A DNA stretch of 64,000 bases from Gemmatimonadota bacterium (GTDB lineage: Bacteria; Gemmatimonadota; Gemmatimonadetes; Gemmatimonadales; GWC2-71-9): positions 1,820 to 65,819 of the forward strand of contig JANYAG010000025.1 in assembly GCA_025361465.1 (NCBI GenBank). The letters are read 5' to 3'. The notes beneath the pieces were generated by a model. It worked only from the letters and a program-made list of their open reading frames with translations, was not told the DNA's origin and ran no database searches. Shown one piece after another: positions 40,116-48,937 of this stretch. Numbering within the stretch: the first letter of the stretch is position 1; every line of letters begins with the position of its first letter. The position numbers and the translations under genes were made by a program.

Positions 40116-41066
40116 ATGAATCCAGCTGCTGTCCGCGTGGACCAGGTCACCAAGCGCTTTGCCGGCCATACCGCGGTGAAGTCGCTCTCCTTCGAGGTTC
40201 CCGCCGGGGGGATCTTCGGGCTGCTCGGCCCCAACGGGGCGGGAAAGTCGACGACGATCCGGATGATGATGGACATCATCGAACCGGACGAGGGCAAGGT
40301 GGTGCTGTTCGGGCTGGAGAAGTCGCCGCGCGACATCTCCGAACGACTTGGCTATCTCCCCGAGGAGCGAGGTCTCTACAAGAAGATGAAGGTGCTCGAG
40401 CACCTCGCCTTTCTTGGCGAGGTGAAGGGCCTCGGTGTCGCCGACGCCAAGCGACGCGCCGGGCAGTGGCTCGAGCGACTCGGGCTGCAGGACTGGGCGC
40501 AGAAGAAGGTCGAAGATCTCTCGAAGGGGATGCAGCAGAAGGTCCAGTTTGCCGGAACCCTGCTTCATGATCCTGACCTGGTGATTCTCGACGAACCGTT
40601 TTCTGGTCTCGACCCGGTGAATGCCCAGATGATGAAGGACATCGTCGTGGAGATCGCCAAGAGCGGGCGAACCGTTCTCTTCTCGACCCACATCATGGAG
40701 CAGGCCGAGAAGATGTGTGATCGCATTGTCATCATCGCGCGTGGCGAGAAGGTGGTGGACGGATCGGTTTCGCAAGTGAAGGCTGAGTTTGGCGGCAACC
40801 ACATCGCGCTCGGGTTCACGCACGACAAGGAGAACGCGGCGAGGATTCTCGCTGATCGGCGGCTGGTGGCCACCCTTGATGATTACGGCGCGAGCGCCGA
40901 GCTGGAGCTTGCTGCGGGCGCCTCGCCTGATGCGCTGCTCGGCGCCCTGGTACGGGAAGGGGTGGGATTGAATCGTTTCGAAGTGGTGGAGCCGTCGCTC
41001 CAGTCGATCTTCATTGCCAAGGTTGGCAACGCCGCCGTCGTGCCGGCGATCACGGAGGCCGCGTGA
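40116..41066 (+). CDS. ABC transporter ATP-binding protein (ABC-2/NatA type)
   Basis: 316 aa. Walker A GPNGAGKST, LSKGMQQK signature, Walker B LVILDEPFSGLD. Confidence 0.9.
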   Translation: MNPAAVRVDQVTKRFAGHTAVKSLSFEVPAGGIFGLLGPNGAGKSTTIRMMMDIIEPDEGKVVLFGLEKSPRDISERLGYLPEERGLYKKMKVLEHLAFLGEVKGLGVADAKRRAGQWLERLGLQDWAQKKVEDLSKGMQQKVQFAGTLLHDPDLVILDEPFSGLDPVNAQMMKDIVVEIAKSGRTVLFSTHIMEQAEKMCDRIVIIARGEKVVDGSVSQVKAEFGGNHIALGFTHDKENAARILADRRLVATLDDYGASAELELAAGASPDALLGALVREGVGLNRFEVVEPSLQSIFIAKVGNAAVVPAITEAA

Positions 41067-42379
41067 ACAAGACTCTAGCCGTGATCCGTCGCGAACTGGT
41101 GGCACGTGTTCGCACCCGGGCCTTCCTGATCTCGACCTTGATTCTCCCGATCCTCATGGTGTTCGTGGCCGTGGTACCGGCCCTGATGATGCGCGGCGGC
41201 AGCAGGACGATGCAGATCGCCATGGTCGATGGCACCGGTGATAGCCTTGGAAGCCGCATAGAATCAGCTCTCGCCGGCGAGAAGCTCTCGCGCGACCCTG
41301 GCGCACCGACGCGATATGCCCTGCACCGGTTCGTGGCTGCCGGCCGCGTGGCGGTGCTTCGTGATTCCCTGGTTGCACTCACCGGCGTCAGCCGTGAGCA
41401 GCACCCGCAGTCATTTGACGGCGTGCTCGTGGTGACCGATTCCACCATCGCGACGGGCAAGGTGGACTACCTTGGCACCAACACCAGCTCGTTTGAATCG
41501 ATGGGTCAACTGGAAGGCACCATCTCGAAGGTGCTTGTCCAGATGCGCCTCGCACATTCTGGCCTCGACCCCGCGATCGTGGCGAGCGCGATCAGGCCGA
41601 TCAATCTCAACGCCACCAAGGTCAGCGATGGAAAGGCGACCGGGCAGAGCGGCGTCCAGTCGTTTGCGATTGCCTACTTCATGGCCTTCCTTCTGTATCT
41701 CAGCGTGGTGCTGTACGGCCAGCAGACGATGACGTCGGTGATCGAGGAGAAGACTTCGCGCATCATGGAAGTGCTTGCCTCCTCGATGCGGCCCTTTCAG
41801 ATGCTGCTCGGCAAAGTGCTCGGTGTCGGACTCACCGGCTTGCTGCAAATGACGATCTGGGGCGGAACGTACTACCTGGTCACGAGTCAGCGTGGACGCC
41901 TGGCGGGGTTGTTCGGGCTGAGTGCTGACGCGATGCAATCGCTTCCGATTCCCGCCATGCCGACCGACCTGCTGGTGGTGTTCCTCGTCTACTTCATGCT
42001 CGGCTTCCTGTTGTTCGGCGCCCTGTATGCTGCGATCGGATCCATCTGCAACACCATCCAGGAGACGCAACAGTACGCCGTAGCGGTCACGATGGTGTTG
42101 ATGCTGGGCTTCTTCAGTGTGTTCGCGGTGATGAAGGATCCCACCGGCGGACTCGGAGTCACGCTTTCCTTTGTGCCGTTCTTCTCGCAACTCGTGATGC
42201 CGGTTCGCTGGTCGCTCGCGGCCGTGTCCCCCATCGAGCTGGCTGGATCACTTGCCATTGGCATCGCGACACTGCTTGGCACGACGTGGCTGGCCGGACG
42301 GATCTATCGGACCGGCATCCTGATGTACGGCAAGAAGCCGACGTTTGGGGAAGTGTTCCGGTGGATCAGGCAAGGATAA
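41063..42379 (+). CDS. ABC-2 family transporter permease (NatB-like)
   Basis: GTGA overlap with the ATPase gene. 438 aa. N-terminal TM, large extracytoplasmic loop, then about 5 C-terminal TMs. Confidence 0.8.
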   Translation: MNKTLAVIRRELVARVRTRAFLISTLILPILMVFVAVVPALMMRGGSRTMQIAMVDGTGDSLGSRIESALAGEKLSRDPGAPTRYALHRFVAAGRVAVLRDSLVALTGVSREQHPQSFDGVLVVTDSTIATGKVDYLGTNTSSFESMGQLEGTISKVLVQMRLAHSGLDPAIVASAIRPINLNATKVSDGKATGQSGVQSFAIAYFMAFLLYLSVVLYGQQTMTSVIEEKTSRIMEVLASSMRPFQMLLGKVLGVGLTGLLQMTIWGGTYYLVTSQRGRLAGLFGLSADAMQSLPIPAMPTDLLVVFLVYFMLGFLLFGALYAAIGSICNTIQETQQYAVAVTMVLMLGFFSVFAVMKDPTGGLGVTLSFVPFFSQLVMPVRWSLAAVSPIELAGSLAIGIATLLGTTWLAGRIYRTGILMYGKKPTFGEVFRWIRQG

Positions 42380-42382
42380 GAG

Positions 42383-42437
42383 AAGGGGAAGCGAGAGGCG
42401 AGAAGCGAGGGGCGCTGCGGAAGGCGCCCCTTCGCTT
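42383..42437 (+). repeat. Purine-rich GAAGGGGA + GARGCGA heptads (copy 3) ending in a terminator-like hairpin
   Basis: GAAGGGGA then GAAGCGA GAGGCGA GAAGCGA GGGGCGC. AAGCGAGGGGCGC (42403-15) pairs with GCGCCCCTTCGCTT (42424-37) with a 1-nt bulge. Starts 3 nt after the TAA stop. Confidence 0.75.
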
Positions 42438-42619
42438 GAATGAGTGAAGCACAGCAGCCTGCCCCTAACGTGTTGCTAGCCCAGCCGACCACCGCTACAC
42501 TAATTACCGCTGACAGTATGACGATATAAGTCGTTTATTTAAAACAAATTACACACCAACGATGCTGTCATGTTTCCAGGGTGGACCGTGTAGCGTAGAT
42601 TGGCCATCGCTTCTCGTGC

Positions 42620-42635
42620 TGTTTCACGTGAAACC
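42620..42635. promoter_or_regulatory. parS centromere-like site
   Basis: TGTTTCACGTGAAACC matches 15/16 of the consensus TGTTNCACGTGAAACA, 92 nt upstream of parA. Confidence 0.85.
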
Positions 42636-42726
42636 ACCCAAACCACCACTGTTGCAGCTATCGCCCAGTCCGCGTTCGGTCTATCATTGAGCAGGAGTCC
42701 TTTCTCTCCCTCAATTTCGACATACT

Positions 42727-43530
42727 ATGGCCCGCACCATCGCGATTGCCAACCAGAAAGGCGGGGTGGGGAAGACCACCACCGCCGTCAACCTTGCCGC
42801 GTCGCTGGCCATCGCCGAGCGGCGGACCCTGCTGATCGATGCCGACCCCCAAGGGAACGCCACCTCCGGGGTGGGGATCGAGAAGGGTGCGGTTGATCGC
42901 TCGCTCTACGATGTGATCATCAACGCCACGCCGATGCGGGAAGTGATCCGCCCAGACCCACAGCTTCCCTTCCTGCATGTGATTCCCGCCACCCAGGATC
43001 TGATCGGGGCGGAAATCGAGCTGGTGGCGATCGGGGAGCGCGAGACGATCCTGCGGCGCGCGCTGTCCGAGATCCAGAATGACTACGACTACATCCTGAT
43101 CGACTGCCCGCCGTCGCTCGGCCTCGTCACCCTGAACGTCCTGACTGCGGCCGATGGCGTCCTGATTCCGATCCAGTGCGAGTACTATGCGTTGGAAGGT
43201 ATCTCTCAGCTAATCAACACGATACGCATTGTCCAACAGAATTTCAACCCCGAATTTCAGATCGACGGCGTGCTGCTCACGATGTACGACGCCCGCCTGA
43301 ATCTCTCCAAGCAGGTCGTCAGCGAGGCGCGCGAGTACTTCGGCGCCACCGTCTTCCGGACCGTCATTCCGCGAAACGTCCGGCTGGCGGAGGCTCCCTC
43401 GTTTGGCAAGCCGATTCTCCTCTATGACGTCCAGTCGGTTGGGGCGAAGAGTTATCTGGCGGTGGCCCAGGAACTGATCAAGCGGTCCGAGGCGCTCGGC
43501 GAACACAAGGGCGGGGGGAACGTCCCATGA
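42727..43530 (+). CDS. parA: Chromosome partitioning ATPase ParA/Soj
   Basis: 267 aa. Deviant Walker A NQKGGVGKTT. Confidence 0.95.
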   Translation: MARTIAIANQKGGVGKTTTAVNLAASLAIAERRTLLIDADPQGNATSGVGIEKGAVDRSLYDVIINATPMREVIRPDPQLPFLHVIPATQDLIGAEIELVAIGERETILRRALSEIQNDYDYILIDCPPSLGLVTLNVLTAADGVLIPIQCEYYALEGISQLINTIRIVQQNFNPEFQIDGVLLTMYDARLNLSKQVVSEAREYFGATVFRTVIPRNVRLAEAPSFGKPILLYDVQSVGAKSYLAVAQELIKRSEALGEHKGGGNVP

Positions 43531-44414
43531 CCGAAACTCGACGGCTCGGACGCGGTCTCGAAGCCCTGATGGGCCCCATCTCGCGTGAACAGGCCGAAGC
43601 CAGCGGCTCGCTGCGCGAGCTGCCCATTACCGCCATATCACCAAATCCGTTCCAGCCACGCCGCAGCTTCGACGATGCGGGCCTCGCCGAACTGGCGGCC
43701 TCGATCGCCGCCTCCGGCCTGCTGCAACCAGTGATTGTCCGGTCGGTCGGCTCCCGATTCGAGCTGATCGCCGGTGAACGGCGCTGGCGGGCCGCGCAGC
43801 GGTTGGGATGGTCGAAGATCTCGGCGGTCGTTCGTGACTACGACGACCGGACCGTCCTGACACTTGCCCTGATCGAGAACCTGCAACGTGACGATCTCTC
43901 GGCGATCGATGCCGCCCACGGTTACCAACGCCTGGTCACCGAATTCAACGTCAATGCGACCGAAGTCGCTCGGCTCGTTGGCAAGGACCGCTCAACCATC
44001 GCCAACACGCTGCGGCTGTTGAAGTTGCCATCCGTTGTACAGGAACTGTTGCAGCAGAAGAAGATTTCCGAAGGGCACGCCCGGGCGCTGCTGGCGCTCG
44101 AGCGACCGTCCGAGATTTCGCAGATGGCGCAGGACATCGTAACTCATGGCCGCTCGGTGCGAGAGGTCGAAGCCATGGTTCGCGGGGAGACCCTCGAAAA
44201 GCCCCGCGGCAAGATGATGAAGAAGCCGGCCGTGGCACGCCCGGCGAGTGCCGATGCGCGTCGGGTGGAAGAGGCGCTCCGTCAGCGGCTTGGCACCGAT
44301 GCCCGGCTCACCGCGAAACGACGCGGACGAGGCCTGCTGACCATCTCGTACTACTCCAATGACGACCTGGCGCGCTTGCTCGAGATCATTCTCGGTGCGC
44401 CATTCGAAGGATGA
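43527..44414 (+). CDS. parB: Chromosome partitioning protein ParB/Spo0J
   Basis: ATGA overlap with parA. LIAGERRWRAA (GERRxRA box). HTH region. Confidence 0.95.
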   Translation: MTETRRLGRGLEALMGPISREQAEASGSLRELPITAISPNPFQPRRSFDDAGLAELAASIAASGLLQPVIVRSVGSRFELIAGERRWRAAQRLGWSKISAVVRDYDDRTVLTLALIENLQRDDLSAIDAAHGYQRLVTEFNVNATEVARLVGKDRSTIANTLRLLKLPSVVQELLQQKKISEGHARALLALERPSEISQMAQDIVTHGRSVREVEAMVRGETLEKPRGKMMKKPAVARPASADARRVEEALRQRLGTDARLTAKRRGRGLLTISYYSNDDLARLLEIILGAPFEG

Positions 44415-44421
44415 CGTGCGC

Positions 44422-45189
44422 ATGAGATCGGTCGCGCTGCACGCCATTGCCGAGTATCTCGATGGTTTCCTCAAGACGGCAACGACCCCCGAGTACGACG
44501 GCGCCCTCAACGGACTGCAGGTCAGCAACCGCGGCGACGTGACCGGCTTCGTGACGGCAGTTGATGCGTCGCAGCAGACCATCGACCGTGTTGCCAGCGA
44601 ATGTGATCCTGGCACACTGCTGCTGGTGCACCATGGTCTCTTCTGGGACGGCAACCAGCCGATGACTGGCCGGCGCTACCGGCGCATCAAGGCGTTGATG
44701 GACCACGACATTGCCGTCTACTCCTCACATCTCCCGCTTGATGTGCACCCTGAGGTTGGCAACAACGCGGTGCTTGCCCGGATGCTTGGTATCGTCGATG
44801 CCGTGCCGTTCGACACGTACCAGGGAATGCCCCTTGGCGCCGCCGGGCCACTCATCATGCCGCGCAACGTTCTGGTTGATCGTCTGGCCGAACTGCTCAA
44901 CACCCGAGTGCATCTCATTCCCGGCGGACCCGAAACCACCACGCGGGTTGGCATCATCACGGGTGGCGCCGGTAGCCGCGTGTCGGAAGCCTCGGCCGCT
45001 GGGCTCGACACCTTCATCACCGGAGAAGGCGCTCATCACACCGCGTTCGATGCACTCGAGTCCGGCATCAACCTGATCTATGCCGGCCATTACGCCACCG
45101 AGACCGTCGGCATCAAGGCGCTCGGCGAGCTTCTCGCGGAGCAATTCGGGCTGCGGTGTGTGTTTCATGATCATCCGACGGGGATGTGA
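44422..45189 (+). CDS. Nif3-like dinuclear metal centre protein (YbgI/GTP cyclohydrolase 1 type 2 homolog)
   Basis: ATG at 44422. ..LLLVHHGLFW.. and ..YSSHLPLDVHPEVGNN.. motifs. Confidence 0.85.
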   Translation: MRSVALHAIAEYLDGFLKTATTPEYDGALNGLQVSNRGDVTGFVTAVDASQQTIDRVASECDPGTLLLVHHGLFWDGNQPMTGRRYRRIKALMDHDIAVYSSHLPLDVHPEVGNNAVLARMLGIVDAVPFDTYQGMPLGAAGPLIMPRNVLVDRLAELLNTRVHLIPGGPETTTRVGIITGGAGSRVSEASAAGLDTFITGEGAHHTAFDALESGINLIYAGHYATETVGIKALGELLAEQFGLRCVFHDHPTGM

Positions 45190-45225
45190 ACCGTGGTCGA
45201 TGGTGGATGATTGATGAGTGACGCG
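45184..45225 (+). repeat. Short heptad array related to the GGTGA family
   Basis: ATGTGAA CCGTGGT CGATGGT GGATGAT TGATGAG TGACGCG, with R-T-G at fixed positions 3-5 (ACG in the last unit). Spans the Nif3 stop and the next gene's start. Confidence 0.55.
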
Positions 45226-46353
45226 CGAACGTGGCAACGGCTCCTGATTGGCGGGGTGGTGCTGGGGGTGTGTGTTGTGCTCGGCTGCGGCGCGGGAGAC
45301 CGCCGACTGGCCCCCATCCAGCTCGACTCCGTGCTCACGATCGGAGCGACGCAGGGCGAAGGGGTCATGATGTCCTGGCCCCGCGTCAGTCCTCGCCTGC
45401 CGAACGGGACCCGCATCCTGGTGCCCCAGCCCGGTGGTGTCAGCGCCATGCCCGCGGTCTTTGGTGACGACGGCAGGTTCCTCGGAACCATCGGGGCTGA
45501 GGGCGATGAGGCCGGTGAGTTTCGCGGGGCGCTGTTCGCCCGGGTCGGGCCCGGGGATTCGGTCTACATCTTCGCGGAGAATCCGCGCGCCGTGGTGTTC
45601 GGTGCCGATCGTGGCTATGGGCGCACGATCCCATTGCCGATGGGTATCTGGGATGCGCTCGTGCTCCCCGATCAGCGCATCGTCCTGACGTCGCCGATGA
45701 ACGAGCGGCCACTGCCATTCCTGCTGCTCGATCCGCAGGGCAACCTGCTCCGGGAACTGGGCGGTTCCGACAGTGCGTCCCTGGCGGTGAAGAGTCCACG
45801 CTGGCTCGCCCGGGGCCATGACGGCAGCTACTGGACCATGCCGATGCAGTTTCGCTGGCGCCTGGAGCACTGGGACAGCACCGGTGCGCTGATCAGGGCG
45901 ATCGATCGGAATCCAGCCTGGTTTCCGCACTACCAGCAGATGCTGGCGCTCACCCACACCCAACCCCCGCAACCGACGGTCCAGGCGTTCTGGGTCGACA
46001 GCGCCGGACGGCTTTGGGTGCTCGGTCGGACCGCCGATCCGGCGTGGGCACGGGGACTGGGTCCCGTGCGCGCCGGTGTGACCGGCGCCGTCGCGCCCAT
46101 TCTCGATCCCGACAAGGTCTATGACACCGTGATTGAACTGCGCGACGCGACGACAGGGGAGCTGATCTCCCAGACACGGTTCGACGTGTCCTATCCTTTC
46201 ATGGTCGAACCCGGCGTGGTGATGCGGGTCCTGGATACGCCGGAAGGCTGGAAGCGCGCCGAACTGATGCGGGTCGTGGCCGCGCCCCCGCCGCGCCCCC
46301 GCCTGATTTCCCGATCTTCCACCGAGCCAGCCTGGTTCCTCCTGGAGCACTGA
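45214..46353 (+). CDS. Hypothetical lipoprotein, beta-propeller-like
   Basis: Lipobox VVLGCGA. GAEGDEAGEFRG motif shared with the next gene. Family call is tentative. Confidence 0.45.
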   Translation: MSDARTWQRLLIGGVVLGVCVVLGCGAGDRRLAPIQLDSVLTIGATQGEGVMMSWPRVSPRLPNGTRILVPQPGGVSAMPAVFGDDGRFLGTIGAEGDEAGEFRGALFARVGPGDSVYIFAENPRAVVFGADRGYGRTIPLPMGIWDALVLPDQRIVLTSPMNERPLPFLLLDPQGNLLRELGGSDSASLAVKSPRWLARGHDGSYWTMPMQFRWRLEHWDSTGALIRAIDRNPAWFPHYQQMLALTHTQPPQPTVQAFWVDSAGRLWVLGRTADPAWARGLGPVRAGVTGAVAPILDPDKVYDTVIELRDATTGELISQTRFDVSYPFMVEPGVVMRVLDTPEGWKRAELMRVVAAPPPRPRLISRSSTEPAWFLLEH

Positions 46354-46357
46354 TCGC

Positions 46358-47638
46358 ATGTCAAGTCTTGGGATACGTCCATCAGCCTGCCTGCTCGCCG
46401 CCACGCTCGTTGCCTGCGGCAGCGGTGAGGCAGACACCCGCATCATGTCCCGCGACTCCGCGGGTGTGGCCCTGCTCTCTTATCCTGCAAACGCCTGGGA
46501 CTCGACCCCCACATGGGCACTTTCCGACAAGCCGATCGTGATCCTCGGCGGAGATTCGGTCGATGCCACGATGGACCTGTCCACGGCGTCCGCGGCGACG
46601 CTGTTGGGAAGCGGCCGATCGGTGGTGTCGACTGCGAATCCGGCGGAGCTCCTGCTCTTCGATGCTGACGGGAAGCGTGAGGCTCGCCTTGGTGCTCCAG
46701 GGGATGGGCCGGGTGAGTTCCACGCCGTCTCGCAGTTGCTTCATTTCGGAGGCGACACCCTCTTTGCCTTCGACCCGTCGCAGCAGAAAGGGCTCTTTTT
46801 CGCGGCGAATGGCATGCCGCTAGGTGAGCGAATCCTGCCGTCGACCAACGCACCGGTCCCACCCTCGCTTCGCGGCCGGCTGGAGAACGGCGTGTTCGTC
46901 TTCTCCCTCGACATGGTGACCGATCCGCCGCCGGCCGGTGTCCCGAAGGCGTTCCGCAACCGCCTCGTGGTTCTCGGCCTGAACGCGCGCACGGATCACT
47001 ACGACACGCTTGCCATCAGCCGCGGTGCGGAATTGGTGCCGTCGACCATGATGGTTGGTGGCCAGGCCGCGGTGATTCCCAAGCCCTTGATCTTCGGCGC
47101 CACGACCCAGGTGGTGGTCGGGCGCGATCGCTGGTACCTGACCACAGCCGACCGGTTCGAGATTGAAACCCACGACACCAGCGGAAAACTCCTGCGGGTC
47201 GTGCGGCTCGACGTGCCGATCCGTCCAGTGGGTCCCGGCGATCAGGAGAAGTACAAGGCGACGGTACGCGAAGCCTACGACCGACTGAAAGGCGTGGTCT
47301 CGCCAGAGGCACTTGCAGGGGAACTCAAGAAGCTCGATGCCACAGAGTTCGCCAATCACTTTCCCGCCATCGCACAGATCATGACCGACGGGGATGGGAA
47401 TCTCTGGGTCAACCGGGGTTTTTCGCTGATTGACAAGGTGCGATCCTGGCTCGTGTTCAACCCGGATGGGCGGCTGATCGGTCGCGTGGATACCCCGCTC
47501 GGGTCGGTGCTGGCGATCTCCGGCGACCGCGTCGTCGTCAACCGCAAGAACCCCATGTCCGGAAGGGTCCGCCTGGAGATCTATGGGCTGACCAGGACGA
47601 CGGCCGTCCTCGCCAAGCCGGATTCCGGCAAGCCCTGA
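46358..47638 (+). CDS. Hypothetical lipoprotein, beta-propeller-like (paralog of the preceding gene)
   Basis: Lipobox LVACGSG. GAPGDGPGEFHA motif. Similar overall layout to 45214-46353. Confidence 0.45.
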   Translation: MSSLGIRPSACLLAATLVACGSGEADTRIMSRDSAGVALLSYPANAWDSTPTWALSDKPIVILGGDSVDATMDLSTASAATLLGSGRSVVSTANPAELLLFDADGKREARLGAPGDGPGEFHAVSQLLHFGGDTLFAFDPSQQKGLFFAANGMPLGERILPSTNAPVPPSLRGRLENGVFVFSLDMVTDPPPAGVPKAFRNRLVVLGLNARTDHYDTLAISRGAELVPSTMMVGGQAAVIPKPLIFGATTQVVVGRDRWYLTTADRFEIETHDTSGKLLRVVRLDVPIRPVGPGDQEKYKATVREAYDRLKGVVSPEALAGELKKLDATEFANHFPAIAQIMTDGDGNLWVNRGFSLIDKVRSWLVFNPDGRLIGRVDTPLGSVLAISGDRVVVNRKNPMSGRVRLEIYGLTRTTAVLAKPDSGKP

Positions 47639-47746
47639 GTGCGTTCGAGAAACACGGCGGTACGACCCGCCGTAGGGCGGTGCGGGGATCCTGAACGGAC
47701 TCCTCGACGGCGTCGAGCGAGGCGCCGGACCTGACCGGGAGGATGT

Positions 47747-47983
47747 ATGCATCTGCTCTATGTCATCATCATCGGGTTCCTCGTTGGCGTGATTGCCAAG
47801 GCGATCATGCCAGGAAAGGACCCCGGTGGATTCATCATGACCACCGTGCTTGGCATTGGCGGAGCGTGGGTCGGGGGCCTTCTCTTCAACATGCTGGGAA
47901 TGAACCCGAACGTCGGGTTGATCGGCTCGGTCATCGGTGCGCTGGTGATCCTGTGGGCCTATCGGGCGCTCAAGAAGACCTGA
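47747..47983 (+). CDS. GlsB/YeaQ/YmgE-family small membrane protein
   Basis: 78 aa. IIIGFLVGVIAKAIMPGKDPGGFIMTTVLGIGGAWVGG matches the family. Confidence 0.85.
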   Translation: MHLLYVIIIGFLVGVIAKAIMPGKDPGGFIMTTVLGIGGAWVGGLLFNMLGMNPNVGLIGSVIGALVILWAYRALKKT

Positions 47984-48013
47984 GTGCTCTGAGCCATCCA
48001 ACCGGCAAGACGA

Positions 48014-48038
48014 CCGTGCTGGTGCCCTGCCAGCACGG
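48014..48038 (+). terminator. Hairpin after the GlsB-family gene
   Basis: CCGTGCTGG-7 nt-CCAGCACGG (9-bp stem), 31 nt after the stop. No U-tract. Confidence 0.4.
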
Positions 48039-48080
48039 ACGCGACCAGACTGTCGCCACGCTGCGCTGAGGCTGCGATCC

Positions 48081-48425
48081 ATGTACGAGCATCACTCCGC
48101 TCCGATCCTCTCCCGTCGTCGATTCGCCCATCGACTCCTGCAACACTTTCTCCTTGCCATGGCCCTGATCACGGGATCCCTGGGGATCGGCATCCTGGGG
48201 TATCGCGTCTTTGCCGGGTTCACCTGGATCGATTCGCTCCTCAACGCCGCCATGTTACTCGGCGGCATGGGGCCGGTGGGCGATATTCCGACCACCGCCG
48301 GGAAGCTGTTCGCGTCGTTCTATGCGCTCTACGCCGGCCTGGTGCTGATTGCCGCGTCGGGCATCCTGCTGGCGCCGGCACTGCACCGCGTGCTCCATGG
48401 GCTTCATCTCGAAGGGAACCGCTGA
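48081..48425 (+). CDS. Small 2-TM pore-loop (ion-channel-like) membrane protein with non-canonical filter
   Basis: 114 aa. TM1, pore-helix-like FTWIDSLLNAAMLLGGMGPVGDIP, TM2 GKLFASFYALYAGLVLIAA. Layout resembles KcsA-type pores, but GGMGPVGD replaces T-V-G-Y-G-D. Confidence 0.55.
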   Translation: MYEHHSAPILSRRRFAHRLLQHFLLAMALITGSLGIGILGYRVFAGFTWIDSLLNAAMLLGGMGPVGDIPTTAGKLFASFYALYAGLVLIAASGILLAPALHRVLHGLHLEGNR

Positions 48426-48468
48426 CCCTGTTTGGCGGACGCGCCACCACACACCACGGAGAAGTTCC

Positions 48469-48807
48469 ATGGAACCCGGCTTGTTCTTCTTCCTCACGAC
48501 CTGTCTCTTTGCCGTCACCACGGTGGTGTTCGTTGTCGCATGGTCTCAGGCACGACGGGAGCGAGAGAAGATGCAGAACCGGCTCTGGGGGATCGCGACG
48601 GCGCAGGGGCTGCCGTACTCCGCGTTGACCGACGAGGTCCCACTGCCACCACAAGTCGGGCATTCGCGTGTCGAGCAGCTGGAAGCCCAGATCGAGTCCA
48701 TGACCCAGCAGATCGATCGGCTCGCCGAGTCGCAGGAGTTCCTTTCCCGAGTCCTCACCGAGCGGATCGACCAGATCCCCGATCCGAGGCTGCGGACACC
48801 ACACTAG
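48469..48807 (+). CDS. Hypothetical membrane-anchored coiled-coil protein
   Basis: ATG at 48469. N-terminal TM (FFFLTTCLFAVTTVVFVVAW), then a helical segment (VEQLEAQIESMTQQIDRLAESQEFLSRVL). Confidence 0.5.
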   Translation: MEPGLFFFLTTCLFAVTTVVFVVAWSQARREREKMQNRLWGIATAQGLPYSALTDEVPLPPQVGHSRVEQLEAQIESMTQQIDRLAESQEFLSRVLTERIDQIPDPRLRTPH

Positions 48808-48937
48808 GCGAGGATGCGGCCTGCGTTGCCCTCTGGTCAGGAGGGCGGCAGATTCCATTGCGTCCTGGAAGTGCCCGACCGAACATCCCCTTGTCGTGGC
48901 CAACGCCTTGCCCATCCAGTTCCCGAAGGAGTCGTCC

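Noticed and set aside
44725-46446. 573-aa minus-strand ORF spanning Nif3 and a lipoprotein gene. Similar long antisense ORFs occur at 33875-35410, 36181-37605, 39909-41105, 46820-48082, 50121-51470, 59212-60471, 22833-23798, 25104-26204 and 3152-4303.
   Set aside because: All lie antisense to genes with strong family signatures and have Arg/Gly/Pro/His-rich low-complexity translations. This is the typical stop-codon-poor antisense frame of high-GC DNA.
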